Positions 48,301 to 56,979 of a DNA stretch of 61,038 nt are shown one piece after another (the first letter of the stretch is position 1; every line of letters begins with the position of its first letter). Source of the stretch: a virus. Its lineage: Duplodnaviria > Caudoviricetes. Both the position numbers and the translations under genes were made by a program. The stretch covers positions 1 through 61,038 of the IMG/VR virus record IMGVR_UViG_3300025168_017075, one strand, 5' to 3'. The notes beneath the pieces are model-generated. The model was not told where the DNA came from. It made no database searches and worked only from the letters and a program-made list of their open reading frames with translations.

Positions 48301-49505
48301 TAAATCATTATGCAATGCAGCTTACGTCATCTGTGGATGTTTTGGGCCGAATAAGCGAAAAATCAGTCGAATATGATGCTTTGGGAAATCCAATCACAGT
48401 TAAGGATGATGAAACTCAAACTTCTGATGTCTGGGTAATTCAACCTAAGTTTGAGACGCCAATACTAAATATTCAAGGTGCACCTATGACCATACCGACA
48501 AATGGTTCGGCATCAGCAACTCGTAGTATTTGGAGTCAGTTTGGTAGAATTCCAACTGGTTCAGAGGGAATTTTCTTGGAAGTAGTGGATATTAACGAAA
48601 GCTGGCTAAATAATAGGGCAGACAAATTTGAAAACCAAGACTCAGGATTTGCTGACAGCGATAGTTTTGGAGCCAGAGATTTTTCTAACCTATATACGCT
48701 TTATGGCTCAGGAAGCAAAGTAGAGTCTTTGTCTGACATGGTAGGGTTCCAGTCTCCTTCAAAAAATCTTGGCCAATTGGCAGACCTTAGAACAGTTAAA
48801 GAGGCTATTGTGGCAATACCATTCTTGGAGATTGATGGAAAGAGGAGCTTCTTTGACGTACCTAAAGAGCAGATCGATGCGGCTGTATCCATGGCCGCTG
48901 GAGGAGAAACGACCACAACTGCTGGGGATTCAATTGTAGATATGGTAAATAAGATGCAAAATTATGTTATTCCGCCAAAATTTGACTTTATTAAAAATTC
49001 TGACTTTGTTGATCCTTTTGCCATGTATATATTTGAATTCTCCTACACATTTGACAGAGATGACTTGTCATACATTTGGCAGAATATGCAACCAAGAAGT
49101 TCTAAATTAGTTGAGAAATCAACTGCTTCTATAAATCATAGACTGCTGGCTCATGAGTTGATGGGCGAAGCTGCAAAAAATACAGGAAAACCATTGCAAG
49201 ACGAATTAAGGTGGATGGTGTTTAAGGTCAAGCAAAAGTCTGCAACAAATTATTTTGATAAAATTGTGCAATATGCCTCTTCTGATGATAAGTTTGATTT
49301 TGATTTTAATGTTGGCACCGCAGCCGCGTCAGCAGCTGGCCTTCCCGACTATAGTTTTAACTGGCCATATGACAATTTTTCCATAGTAGAGTTAGCAAAA
49401 TTAAACACAGAAGTAAAATTCACATCAGTAGACCCAGCTGAAGATGGAGCAATCCAAACTTCTGCCAACGCACTGAATAGTGGTATTAGCGAGGAAGGTG
49501 ATTAA
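39369..49505 (+). CDS. giant baseplate/tail protein (gp7-like) with LamG-like domains and inserted repeat modules, 3378 aa
   Basis: KSKGTEKSFRNLIRCFG (gp7/tail-I-like KGT motif); LamG-like EFW...WKHVA...YIDG...GSIDEFRYW; follows gp6. Confidence 0.75.
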   Translation: MAIRDLFKGDTATSKAAPTKAETIDSIFGAEQGSSVESAENVAEKIKQKDRFVPDVDFSTASNFARFGSAEEYYRSSIKRVYQQYPYDGSEAEKNKFRNQSTFLDLYVLDKLYPSSTGYAVFAPAGWGDQGSTVGGWGSPSSNEFIAIKGGPHTSSGGLIGEDLYKAFDEPINRTSPNSNTYDESIYDSAGVLGGDRVGSNESNLKFDLSKGVSTEFWLKKGDWITSLTEKEVIFDLWNGKASSSADYGRLLVFVSGTGVETLGANPFRVHLASGSEYWDMSFGGSTHTTSSLSNAWKHVAFTFLSSSEDSELQAKFYIDGDLQSTTGTTHIVNFGEITGSLIGYLGALQTTPSGNLYHGKSMTGDGKLSGSIDEFRYWKSKRTSENIGQNWFTQVGGGTNEDVANAELGVYFKFNEGIVGATTSDSVVLDYSGRISNGDWTGYSSASRNTGSAIVSASAAVEEFEDPIIYSTHSGVDSLLTRMVASGAAWDNQNNSRFAYNLPSYLLEEDEESSKDILYLTQIMSSYLDDLHLQIDQLSNISHNNYFSSGSRGLPFVDKLLTSKGFIAPDMFGDAEVLNIIGNRDEDRNFELELYEVKNKIYQNVYNNLSYILKSKGTEKSFRNLIRCFGVDEDLIKINLYSDNGTSTLRNNYRLKSTKKRYVNFNTPTHNTASVYQQSSSADSNTTDVTYISGSDELQYLANTTEIEVIFPKQFPTDHNAYVGTSFQSSSIFGHHTASNQPNAFEWPPSAVDFNFELYAIRPITDDSDAYFVIKDRAGNFTLSSSLYNNVYEDERWNFAVRVKNDKFPVGGLVTGSSGSASGHNVVTLEFYGVNVVSDIVKNEFLLTASSLDKRYLTGHRRYYVGANRTNFSGAVVHNSDVKVSSLRHWGSYLEDSDIREHAINAESYGAPNPYKSSYQLQGVLSSSNVPQIDTLALNWDYSEVTSSNVIGEFTVEDFSSGSIIAGRRYPGTFGEIVGNLYAGRGIGFVPSSTSSVSTEYISNAKHQLPESISGEDMISVLQQDDVTFGKDNRPVDYYITFEKSLYQTISEEMMNMFGSIVEFNNLIGNPVNRYRQDYKELGKLRQLFFEQVQNTPDVDKFISYYIWLDSAMSQMIQQLIPLSANASGEILNVIESHVLERNKYRSKFPMLENKESTEVSIRGHHEMNYSWKHGHAPIPQQATATVTVADGDADSGMTEKESMTITSTDGTSRIYVIIDDNATAVATGAALTTTSDTGANQAGIKATATWTFTDKPNEATTITLIDYEGTSLVFEVDNDGDGGAGSNIEMDPASNNAAGMSAILISKVNASALKITATAGDATGEVLLTQDNAGTAGNKTIALSNYANWNANTAATFPTAFTAGAEVAANSVAVAINTTGTAATQNEFLVQLKAAIESAAGHAGKITVSAVPTEANGAQTITLTQVVGGTSGNAATFSDDISQTTIVGFTGGHDKENENSLWWKERAEVTHLALSQSRPFVNDRREELREVIISKISGTAPTFKHNPAYSSSLYNVRTMPGLYSISGDMQKLYTSGDNSNQDDKKYYYRELIEFSKATGLIIEDIEDEVYITDDISMPKSLQKIRKRFRAGGEFKQNVAPFTIMSSSTPSRGYNTNLYSNFKSNVDITNNHTDTTFGNEISMQSPFTEKFVGGSFHRHADLNQSASAKTLTGHAGGLDSTVERIEAYDMTLASDKITIAHRDINKPRSSYFREEVAKRPVNIRNIKLTTGSGPNPAVTQYVSGTLQSTLGNFSNIHEVVQTSDRSTNNSSYVKAGGFDSSSAISYLLSDGADFEKPSRRRTGHVFVERFSAPGGPETSGDNLGGPALDFESAQFSPYNDMNTRNSTVRAALKTLLQERAEQFGIRSGSSVRGVDYDTLPSYHDVNRNALSRRRNTSEVDPEKATATITVADGDAASGMAEKETIVITSTDGTAKTYCVIDDNATTVATGAVLAADSDIGSEAAGAALVGAIAVAINLTGSASTQNTFLVQLKAAIESANGHAGKITVSSVPTEANGAQAITLTQAVGGSDGNVTITDDISQTTIAGFTGGINQSIVNEVVATFDNYYVQHEIPRSDLQYSWITSSYLSTHVFGHAPADGEISSSAITSLGRAFGVVPAITFASASSISTASFIVDFVGLNTLIHEPFTSSTGRRGYPASQPLNSYRNTALHFPPTGGLRIGSHSPVATDGNEVLNALLLHRNGPYSYPSWKQLRNDENPIVRHWRRNSTIAINPDGEETNITVVASSAAGDGYTIVTKDKYGGLRTFIEPAVMSRNLPLTINLGIKNGTSDVATSLKSSFSNDLDYFGNASLNNALTLPETQATSYDSIKSLYLEGGLANAASPVNTFIDLTYAQNVWPKPENAFQNKTRKRNNYENNFWRKVRTDRDSLGDRKYVSNGALSGAYSAWAMDADNDFSTDITGTTAGILQNNTTHMFQKNVNGSTTAASATEITASILFHRKHGLASTGSVRKLAGLQVVETGSTNLATATEPLGDIQIGGGNAVWEVDSGAGFYSDDGTFNLSPSSPWYDDYSEFSDDLRTSNKDMSIIPEFRISEHIKKYMNVHNGNFLADNESSLSIFGAPSGSSLPQNSSETDFYNVYTNSDFMKHFATIRKDHEGFADASEITLTCEALTKFVPYDGFYPSELLVDLYNTFSSSYGNFVQYDGATSNLAAGLNAKIRPFIAPMFAPGIWCNTIKSGIAVDYPVYTGSYVVHSPLLSPSGKTTYKLLSTSSLQSLDGFDLRVPFDALVQPEKYLTNMTLVDMEASFSSSVNITASWTGEGSMLYKMRAHNALSSMIEFFLQGEGNKGDLTTIKSLPEDQFQPFVSGTTYAMRVKLRKSYNKPRQENATFSRGFTLPQDTAGDVNAGLEETITICSRPSSFGPPVAGRKNISFASGTAKASYPQTLDSLTGINPAFTPPYYDGECWCDITYTHATSTQPTLKDIQRDANLTHFRFDPVVWNGGSNYQPYGKANINHYAMQLTSSVDVLGRISEKSVEYDALGNPITVKDDETQTSDVWVIQPKFETPILNIQGAPMTIPTNGSASATRSIWSQFGRIPTGSEGIFLEVVDINESWLNNRADKFENQDSGFADSDSFGARDFSNLYTLYGSGSKVESLSDMVGFQSPSKNLGQLADLRTVKEAIVAIPFLEIDGKRSFFDVPKEQIDAAVSMAAGGETTTTAGDSIVDMVNKMQNYVIPPKFDFIKNSDFVDPFAMYIFEFSYTFDRDDLSYIWQNMQPRSSKLVEKSTASINHRLLAHELMGEAAKNTGKPLQDELRWMVFKVKQKSATNYFDKIVQYASSDDKFDFDFNVGTAAASAAGLPDYSFNWPYDNFSIVELAKLNTEVKFTSVDPAEDGAIQTSANALNSGISEEGD
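42918..43730 (+). repeat. intragenic ATAT...FTGG module, copy 1 (contains a nested module at 43110-43466)
   Basis: Near-identical in protein sequence to 45081-45524 apart from the nested insert. Confidence 0.85.
45081..45524 (+). repeat. intragenic ATAT...FTGG module, copy 2
   Basis: Shares ATATxTVADGDA, ITSTDGT, IDDNAT, FLVQLKAAIESA, GHAGKITVS, VPTEANGAQ and DDISQTTI.GFTGG with copy 1. Confidence 0.85.
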
Positions 49506-50491
49506 TGGAATTTTTTAATCCAAAAGAAGATGTATTGCATGTCGAGATGACTCAATATGGGAAATATTTGCTTTCGAAAGGAAAGTTTAGGCCATCGCAT
49601 TATTTGTTTTTTGACGAGGGAGTTGTTTATGATGCAAATTATGGTGGAATATCTACAGAAAAACAAAAACAAACTCACAAAAGAATAAAAGATGAAACAC
49701 CAAAGCTAAAAACTCAATATAGTTTTGTTTCAACAGAAAACAGAGTAAACGAATTAATAGAGGAAGAGCAAAACACAATTGAGAATACTTTTGCTCTCGT
49801 TAATCCTCTTGGAACGTCTGATAATTCATCAGAATTATATCCAAAATGGAATTTGCAATTTCTTAGCAAAGGAAACACAAAAATAGGCAATTCAGTTGAG
49901 CATATGACATCCAGTTATCAGACGCTTAGAATACCCCAAATAGAGATGAATGTAAATTATAGGACCGCGGTTTCCGCAGAGGGAATCCAGTCAGTTATAA
50001 ATGAAGACTCTAGCTTGTCTTCCAAGGTTTTTCAAGACAAAACATATATAGGGGTCGAGCCCAGAACTATTCTTTTGCAAGTTTTGGAAGAAAACTCTGT
50101 TTTTGAAAAAGAAAACTTTGATATAGAAGTTTATATAAAAGAAAGACAAGGCAATAGCAGAGTCAGCGGCTCGGCAGGCTACATAGATCAGTTTATCCCT
50201 TTGAATTTTAAGAAGCAAATCTCGCAGGTTGTGGATGGAATTTTGTTAGACGAACAAGAAGAAGAGTGTATCGAACTAGATCCTTCATATGTTGAGTATT
50301 ATTTTGATATATTTACAGATAACGAAATAGATGAAAACTTTATATGCCAGTCAATATCAGAACTAAAATCTAAAAATATATATGTCGACAGCAACTTGGA
50401 TTGTCCAGATTTGATAGAACCTGTTGTCGCTAATGTGTACGCACAAGTAGTAGATGATAGCTGCCCAGATCCAGATGATTCTTGTAAATGA
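49505..50491 (+). CDS. putative baseplate/tail structural protein
   Basis: N-terminus MTQYGKYLLSKG.F....Y.FFDEGVVY parallels that of 57017-57919; TAATG coupling. Confidence 0.6.
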   Translation: MEFFNPKEDVLHVEMTQYGKYLLSKGKFRPSHYLFFDEGVVYDANYGGISTEKQKQTHKRIKDETPKLKTQYSFVSTENRVNELIEEEQNTIENTFALVNPLGTSDNSSELYPKWNLQFLSKGNTKIGNSVEHMTSSYQTLRIPQIEMNVNYRTAVSAEGIQSVINEDSSLSSKVFQDKTYIGVEPRTILLQVLEENSVFEKENFDIEVYIKERQGNSRVSGSAGYIDQFIPLNFKKQISQVVDGILLDEQEEECIELDPSYVEYYFDIFTDNEIDENFICQSISELKSKNIYVDSNLDCPDLIEPVVANVYAQVVDDSCPDPDDSCK

Positions 50492-50507
50492 TGAAACTTA
50501 TTGAACA

Positions 50508-50516
50508 ACTATTTAT
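50508..50516 (+). promoter_or_regulatory. ACTATTTAT motif, candidate late promoter
   Basis: Intergenic, followed by AGGAG and the ATG at 50534. Confidence 0.6.
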
Positions 50517-50533
50517 AGATAGGAGATCATAGT

Positions 50534-51622
50534 ATGGCAATGTTGGGACCGAGTGATAAAACCGTAGATCTAGGTAATGGCGATGATGATAGTGTCGATT
50601 TGCTTGTTGATAGCAAGCAGGATAACCTAGGTAGTGGCACTGATGATACTAGCACTGATTTGCTTGTTGATAGCAAGCAGGATAACCTAGGTAGTGGCAC
50701 TGATGATACTAGCACTGATGATAGTCCCGATTTGCTTGGCGAGAACAAACAGGATGATCTTGACAACATGTCGGGAGAAATTACTGATGCTGAATTGCTT
50801 GGTGAAAACAAACAGGATGTCCTTGATTCCAATTCTAACGACGTCGAATTGCTTGGTGAAAACAAACAGGATGTCCTTGATACCAGTTCTGACGACCCAC
50901 CTGTTGGCGCTGGTGACGATGTAGTTCAAATTGTAGTGGACGAAGATCCGCCGCCGGAGATCAAAGGCGTAACTGTAACTTTCGAAACTTATCAAAAAAC
51001 AGATTATGAATGTGGAGAGGTAGCAGAATACTCCGAACAAGAATATGAATTTATGAAAATTGGAATGATCTTGGCTTGGGATCCAGAATTGATTTCCGTG
51101 ATGGATTCTGGAGACTATGATGCGCCATATACTGATATAAAATTCATGAATAGTTTTGACTATAAAGAGCAAAACTATTCAGAGGGTACCTTTAGCGAAC
51201 CTCAAACAATGTCTGAATCAATTTTGTCCGAGGGGACATATGTAGTTGGCACCTTTACAGAAAGTTTTGATCTCGATCCATCATTCATGACAACGGCTGT
51301 AGTGTATGCTTTTGCATATATTGATATAGGCGCTCTTAATACGGCTTATGGTACTGATTATGATTCGCTTAAGCTTATATTGTTGGGTACATCAGAGGTA
51401 CTTATGAGCGGCGGGGAGACAGAAACAGATGCGGATGGGTGGGCCGATAATGGATACACATATGGCACCACAGAACAGGCGCCTAGCGATGACGCGCTTC
51501 AAGACCAACTTGAAGATGATGCCATGCAAATGGAAGGTTTTGAGATGGATAATCAGGATCTAGATATATCGGGTGGTGACCCAAGTGGTGTTCCGGGCAC
51601 AATTGGTGGAGGAAGTTACTAA
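50534..51622 (+). CDS. highly acidic repeat-containing protein
   Basis: Asp/Glu-rich, with five LLxxxKQD repeats; RBS AGGAG. Confidence 0.7.
   Translation: MAMLGPSDKTVDLGNGDDDSVDLLVDSKQDNLGSGTDDTSTDLLVDSKQDNLGSGTDDTSTDDSPDLLGENKQDDLDNMSGEITDAELLGENKQDVLDSNSNDVELLGENKQDVLDTSSDDPPVGAGDDVVQIVVDEDPPPEIKGVTVTFETYQKTDYECGEVAEYSEQEYEFMKIGMILAWDPELISVMDSGDYDAPYTDIKFMNSFDYKEQNYSEGTFSEPQTMSESILSEGTYVVGTFTESFDLDPSFMTTAVVYAFAYIDIGALNTAYGTDYDSLKLILLGTSEVLMSGGETETDADGWADNGYTYGTTEQAPSDDALQDQLEDDAMQMEGFEMDNQDLDISGGDPSGVPGTIGGGSY
50597..50881 (+). repeat. coding tandem repeats (exact 60-bp x2; 36-bp x2 at 54-bp spacing)
   Basis: 50597-50656 is identical to 50657-50716; GAATTGCTTGGTGAAAACAAACAGGATGTCCTTGAT occurs at 50792 and 50846. 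Confidence 0.92.
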
Positions 51623-54015
51623 TGGCTGTACTGGGAAAACACATTCATAGTTACGCTGTTGATCCGTCTGGGAACGGACAAACAGGCTATATTCATAATC
51701 ATTACCATGAGATAATTAACGGGGTCGTACAAGAAGCTATAATTCCTGGAACAGATGGTAGCGAACATATTCATAACATATCAGGCCTGCAAATAAGCAG
51801 CAGCCAGAAGGTCGTGAATATAAAAATAAAAGACTACCCATCTGCTGAAAGTTTTAAAAAAGTAAATATTAATATTGCACAACTTACCGACATGGATCCA
51901 GGCGGAACATTTCTAGAGTTTAATGCCTCCATTGGCAAGGACGGCTATAGTAGATTTGCTTTTGATGTGGATGTCGAGAGGGCACTACGAGATTCTACTT
52001 TCGGATCAATGCTGGACAACAAGCTAGACTCAAGCACGAAAAGTGAAATAATGGCACTTTCTAGAATAGAGAATTTAAGAATATTAAGAAACAGAATAGA
52101 TGTTGTCTCTCCAGAAGAAGAAATAGTTTTTTCTACGCAGACTAGTACATATGGCGTTCTTGCTAGTGCATTGAACGATTATAAGTCTTCTGTAAACTCA
52201 TCCTCTGTCAGGGTTGGATCTATTTCTGAAATGACTATGAACTATGCGTCATCTATAAGAACATTCACAGGGGTAGATTATTCTTTGCCAGAAGAGGGTA
52301 CATATGAGTATGCTGTTAAGATTGACATGACGGATGGAATATTGTCTTATTTAAATCAAAAATTAACACAGCTTTCGTCAGCAATTTCTTCTGCACAATC
52401 ATGGCAAATGTTTTCTTCTTCTTCAGATTATACAGATTCAACAACTGGTAAATTTACAAACCAATATACACAAAAAGTACTTGATGACTATGGAACATCT
52501 AAAACCCCAATAGAAAGCTCTATAGCCGTATATGCCGGTATATTAAGCGTATGTTCTCCGAATATAGATGCTACATCGGTTATAAAGGTTTTATATCCCC
52601 TTGTTAATACGATTAGTGGCTCCACTAAAGGTATCAATATGATTGTAGAATTATTGCAAGATTTGGATCTAAAAATAAGAAACATACTGGTAGATAAGGT
52701 TTCTTCGGGACAATCCAGCACTGAAAAGAGTTCGATTACAACCAAAGATAAATTCTATATGAACAAAATTGAGATTGAGAAGTTTTTCTCAAATAACCAA
52801 GTTGTATCAAATAATCCTTCGAAAACAGGCTATGATTATTTAGCAGCACCAGATAGTGACGAATATGGCTTAAAAATAATTTCTACAGAAAATTATGATC
52901 TTAGAATAACAAACGAGCTCAATAAGTTCTCAAGCACAGAAATAGTAAGTCCACCTGAAGATATAGTATCACTTATCGAAGCAACAGATAAGCTGTCGGC
53001 AATTTCTAACTTAACAACATCTCAATCTTTTATGCTATCTCCAGAAATTATATTTGCTGGAGAATCATCTTTAAATCTCCAAACAGCTGAGCTTTCGCGT
53101 TGGGAGCCATCGATATATGGAGAGGTAGTTTCTCAGCTTAGGTTATCGAATCTATTGGACGAGGCAAGCGCAAGTACAAGTTCGTCTGGCCCTGATGACA
53201 TATTGTCCATTCTTGGGGTAACGATTGAAGAATATAGCGAGAGCCCTACTGAAGGCTATGCTGGTACGACTGCTGTTGATGAATCGGGATATTTTAGCGA
53301 AGGAGATAATTTTGTAGGAGATCTTACTAAAGATAGTGAACTAATAGATGCAGCAGAGGCCTCAGAGGTATCTGAAAATTATTCAGATATGTCTAGTATT
53401 TTGGCCGCTAGCTTGATAGGGGGCCAAGAAGGTATATTATCAAATAATCCAGACAACTATGATTTAAGTAACCCAAACAATTTATTTTATAACATAACAA
53501 CCCAAGAAGCTTTAAATCTACCTCTGCAAATAAAGACTTTATTTTATAGAAGCTTGGAAAGTATAAAATCTATTCCTTCCGATACACCACTAGATAGCCA
53601 AGATTTTATTGATCTTTTTTTGATGAATTATAATCAGCTTGTGCAAGTAGAGTCTCTTTCTTATAAGGACACAAATACGGGCACCAAACAGGCAGTGTGG
53701 TCCCCACTGACTATGACAAAAATGCAACAATCAACAATTAATCCAATAAGGTGTCGAGTCCGTAGGTATTCTAATTCAACAATGATGATTGATTCCAACG
53801 AAGAAATTCAGGCTGTAATTTATGACGATCATTTTATTATTAAATCGGAAAGCGTTGCTTCGTCAAAGACAAAAAAAAGAAGGACAAATTCAACAATAAC
53901 AAAGGCATCCAAGTTCATTGATGCCCAGAACGGACTATTTAGAAATGGAAAGTCTGTAATTATATCTACAAAAAAACCAACAACAGCAGCAAATAGCTCA
54001 ATTAACATTAAATAA
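51622..54015 (+). CDS. putative virion protein with N-terminal HxH cluster
   Basis: HIH, HNHYH and HIH in the first 53 aa; Ser-rich body; TAATG coupling. Confidence 0.65.
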   Translation: MAVLGKHIHSYAVDPSGNGQTGYIHNHYHEIINGVVQEAIIPGTDGSEHIHNISGLQISSSQKVVNIKIKDYPSAESFKKVNINIAQLTDMDPGGTFLEFNASIGKDGYSRFAFDVDVERALRDSTFGSMLDNKLDSSTKSEIMALSRIENLRILRNRIDVVSPEEEIVFSTQTSTYGVLASALNDYKSSVNSSSVRVGSISEMTMNYASSIRTFTGVDYSLPEEGTYEYAVKIDMTDGILSYLNQKLTQLSSAISSAQSWQMFSSSSDYTDSTTGKFTNQYTQKVLDDYGTSKTPIESSIAVYAGILSVCSPNIDATSVIKVLYPLVNTISGSTKGINMIVELLQDLDLKIRNILVDKVSSGQSSTEKSSITTKDKFYMNKIEIEKFFSNNQVVSNNPSKTGYDYLAAPDSDEYGLKIISTENYDLRITNELNKFSSTEIVSPPEDIVSLIEATDKLSAISNLTTSQSFMLSPEIIFAGESSLNLQTAELSRWEPSIYGEVVSQLRLSNLLDEASASTSSSGPDDILSILGVTIEEYSESPTEGYAGTTAVDESGYFSEGDNFVGDLTKDSELIDAAEASEVSENYSDMSSILAASLIGGQEGILSNNPDNYDLSNPNNLFYNITTQEALNLPLQIKTLFYRSLESIKSIPSDTPLDSQDFIDLFLMNYNQLVQVESLSYKDTNTGTKQAVWSPLTMTKMQQSTINPIRCRVRRYSNSTMMIDSNEEIQAVIYDDHFIIKSESVASSKTKKRRTNSTITKASKFIDAQNGLFRNGKSVIISTKKPTTAANSSINIK

Positions 54016-54026
54016 GAGAATTTTAA

Positions 54027-56927
54027 ATGGCAGAAATAGACTCAAATGAACTTCAAGATTCAGTCAATACAGACAATATCAATGGTATTGGTCAAAAGTA
54101 TTTTTTTCTTGATACTAATAAGTTAAATGAGGATCTTGCAAGGGTTACTTTTGGCAGTGTTTGGAAACACCCTTTTGCAGAACCAAGCGCCTTACAGGCT
54201 GGAAATTTCGGCGCCGGCCCAGTTCAGATTGCAAATGCCAATCCAATTGATTACGCGACCATTAATCAAAATTTTTACTCTTCAAACATTTCTTTCGGCG
54301 CAGGTGTTGATAATGGGCAAATAATAGGAGATTTAACATTCGGAGCTATTGCTACTACAGATTGTACTTCCGCTCCTTATGTAGCTCACCACCAATCAAT
54401 TAGATTTGAAGCAAACTTATCAATTTATAATCCAAGCGATAGCTACGATGAATCAAATCAGTGTGGAGAGTGTGGTTTTGGCGAAGATCTTATAACTATA
54501 TTGGGGGGCACTTCAAAGAGTTGGGCTCTTGGTATGACACCATATGCGGCTATAGATTATTATCAAAAATATCAAATTGGATATGAATATTCTAGCATGA
54601 TGGATCCTGGCGAGGGCGGCGCTGACGGCACACTAATCGGGGCTTCCACGTTTAGAGATTGCTTCTTTGAGGTTGATACTCCATATAACGAGCAAGATAT
54701 CGAAATTTTTGAGACATCAGACACTGATGGCGTAACTAACGAAAGCCCTATTGCTGGAAATGTTTCATTTGAATATGGCGATTATATTGAAAGCATCGAG
54801 GCGCTTACAGAGACACTCTATGAGACTAATATAGTGAATATGTATTTAGTACTCTTCGCGGGGAATACAGAAAAATTAATTGGCCTAGGTCCAGTTTTAG
54901 ATTATTTGCTAGGAAACTTAACCTCGTCATCCGCTAATTTTATTAAAAGCGTAGCTACCGGACACTCAACTATATTGGTGCCAGCAGAAAGCGTAAAAAC
55001 AATAAAGCAGATGGACTCTTATAAGGACTACTTTCCTTTGAGGGCAGAAATTAGTTTTTCCACGGCCCAATCCACAGAAATCGCTAATGCTATCAGAGAT
55101 ACATCTTTGGATGCTAGAATGTTAAGGTGGGTTACCGAAAATTATATTGGATCTTCTACTGTGCAAAACCTTGCAACTTCTTTTGAAAAATCAATATCGG
55201 AAAATGGAACAGTATTAGTAACCGAAGATTTTTCTATAAACGAAATAAGATCTTATGATTTTTTTGACTGGATTAGGACAGATTCAACATTTTTATATGG
55301 CGACATGCTTTCTTCGGCCTTCGCAGGTCCAGAAAACTATTCAGTTTCTTTGGCTTCATCTGTTATACCATCTCAATCATCGATTACCGCAGCGCACTTG
55401 GCCTTTCAGGGGCAATTAAAAAATTTATTAAAAGAAAAAAATAGGACTTATCAAGATATTGTATTGGGAGTTAAGCCACATCAAGAAACTATTTTGTATA
55501 AAGTTTCTAAATTTGCCAAGGATGATTTTGGTACTGGGAATGATGATCAGGTTGAAATTACAAAGATGATTATGGCAGGCGATGCAGTACCAATTCAAAA
55601 CATTTGGTTTGCCAATTCAGATACAGAGGATATGATAAGTTATATTGATACACAAGCAAAGTATGACAAGGCATACATATATTTTGTTACTGCTTTTGTT
55701 ATGACCATTGGAAGTAAGTACTTCTATAGCAGCTTAAACCTTGCTGGTTATGATCAGTATTCTCCAAATTCAGGCTTAGGGTATACCGGACTGGACTCAA
55801 TGTCCGACGATGTAAATACGTTTCTTTTGGGCGCTACCGAATCAAAGTCAGGTGCAATTCCACCCGGCTGGTCGACAAATATTCTTTCAACGGATCCATA
55901 TCAGAGCAACCCAGCTAACGCTGCTGGCGTTTTGGATTATGGGTGGGACACTAATAATAGGTTTTATTTAACCGATTCAGGACTTAGTAAGTGTGATGCC
56001 GAACTCGCGGTAACCACAATGCCTACTGCTATGATTTATGAAGTTCCGTTCTTCTTATATGAGGGAAGAATAATGGACAAGCCGCCCCGCGCCCCAGATG
56101 TTAGGATTATACCGATTAAGGGAGTTTCTGATCAGATCACCTTCTTCTTTAATGACACCGCCGGCGTCAATGAATTCGAAGAACCTTTCATAATCAACCC
56201 AGAAGAGAGAGAAATATTTGAAGGAATAAAGAAGGCACAGGGTCGCTACGATGGCCTTATATCTTTCGGCACAGATGACCCAGCGCAGTTCTATGAAGTT
56301 TACAGATTAGAAAGTATGCCGAGTAAATATGAAGATTTTTCTGGCAATTTAATTAAGTTAGTATCGACTGACTACGACCCCGCTACCCCTCAAAAGGCGG
56401 ACTCTGCTGTGTATACTGATAATATTGTCGCAAACACAAAATATTATTATACTTTCAGATCTGTTGATATTCATGGCCACTTTTCAAACCCATCTTCTGT
56501 TTTTGAAATAGAAATTGTCAGCGAAGATGGCGTATCGATACCCAGCATACGACCAATAGAAATTGGAAAAGAAAGCCATAAAGATAATTTTAAAAATTTT
56601 AAAAAGATGATCCATGTGGTGCCAAGAATAACACAGGCAGTAGTTAACGAATCTATGTCTGGTATCACGGATGACGATACTACGGCCATTGGAGTTAATA
56701 AAACAAACGGGCCAGTCCTTGGGCTAGAAAAAGAATCAATATGGGGACAAACATTTAAAATAAGATTAGTTTCTAGAAAAACTCGTAGAAAAATAGATAT
56801 TAATGTGACCTTCGGCACAGAACATACAATAGGAGTAGAGGTTGCACCGGTCGTGATTACGGCCACCGCGCAGACTGCAACTGTAGTTGTCGCCAACCCA
56901 GTGTTGCCCTCAACGCTTATAGTTTAA
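54027..56927 (+). CDS. putative virion structural protein with Ig/FN3-like segments
   Basis: YIDTQAKYDKAYIYFV and YEVYR...YTD.I..NTKYYY.FRSVD..GH.S.PS resemble FN3 termini. Confidence 0.6.
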   Translation: MAEIDSNELQDSVNTDNINGIGQKYFFLDTNKLNEDLARVTFGSVWKHPFAEPSALQAGNFGAGPVQIANANPIDYATINQNFYSSNISFGAGVDNGQIIGDLTFGAIATTDCTSAPYVAHHQSIRFEANLSIYNPSDSYDESNQCGECGFGEDLITILGGTSKSWALGMTPYAAIDYYQKYQIGYEYSSMMDPGEGGADGTLIGASTFRDCFFEVDTPYNEQDIEIFETSDTDGVTNESPIAGNVSFEYGDYIESIEALTETLYETNIVNMYLVLFAGNTEKLIGLGPVLDYLLGNLTSSSANFIKSVATGHSTILVPAESVKTIKQMDSYKDYFPLRAEISFSTAQSTEIANAIRDTSLDARMLRWVTENYIGSSTVQNLATSFEKSISENGTVLVTEDFSINEIRSYDFFDWIRTDSTFLYGDMLSSAFAGPENYSVSLASSVIPSQSSITAAHLAFQGQLKNLLKEKNRTYQDIVLGVKPHQETILYKVSKFAKDDFGTGNDDQVEITKMIMAGDAVPIQNIWFANSDTEDMISYIDTQAKYDKAYIYFVTAFVMTIGSKYFYSSLNLAGYDQYSPNSGLGYTGLDSMSDDVNTFLLGATESKSGAIPPGWSTNILSTDPYQSNPANAAGVLDYGWDTNNRFYLTDSGLSKCDAELAVTTMPTAMIYEVPFFLYEGRIMDKPPRAPDVRIIPIKGVSDQITFFFNDTAGVNEFEEPFIINPEEREIFEGIKKAQGRYDGLISFGTDDPAQFYEVYRLESMPSKYEDFSGNLIKLVSTDYDPATPQKADSAVYTDNIVANTKYYYTFRSVDIHGHFSNPSSVFEIEIVSEDGVSIPSIRPIEIGKESHKDNFKNFKKMIHVVPRITQAVVNESMSGITDDDTTAIGVNKTNGPVLGLEKESIWGQTFKIRLVSRKTRRKIDINVTFGTEHTIGVEVAPVVITATAQTATVVVANPVLPSTLIV

Positions 56928-56970
56928 AAGTATCAGTATAAAAATTATGGAAAGATAAACAAAACCAAGT

Positions 56971-56979
56971 ACTATTTAT
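56971..56979 (+). promoter_or_regulatory. ACTATTTAT motif, candidate late promoter
   Basis: Intergenic; a second variant TCTAATTAG at 56991-56999 precedes the AGGAG RBS. Confidence 0.6.

Noticed and set aside
50597-50881. Possible CRISPR array
   Set aside because: Repeats are in frame (periods 60 and 54), encode a peptide repeat, and the 60-bp copies have no spacers; no cas operon is present.
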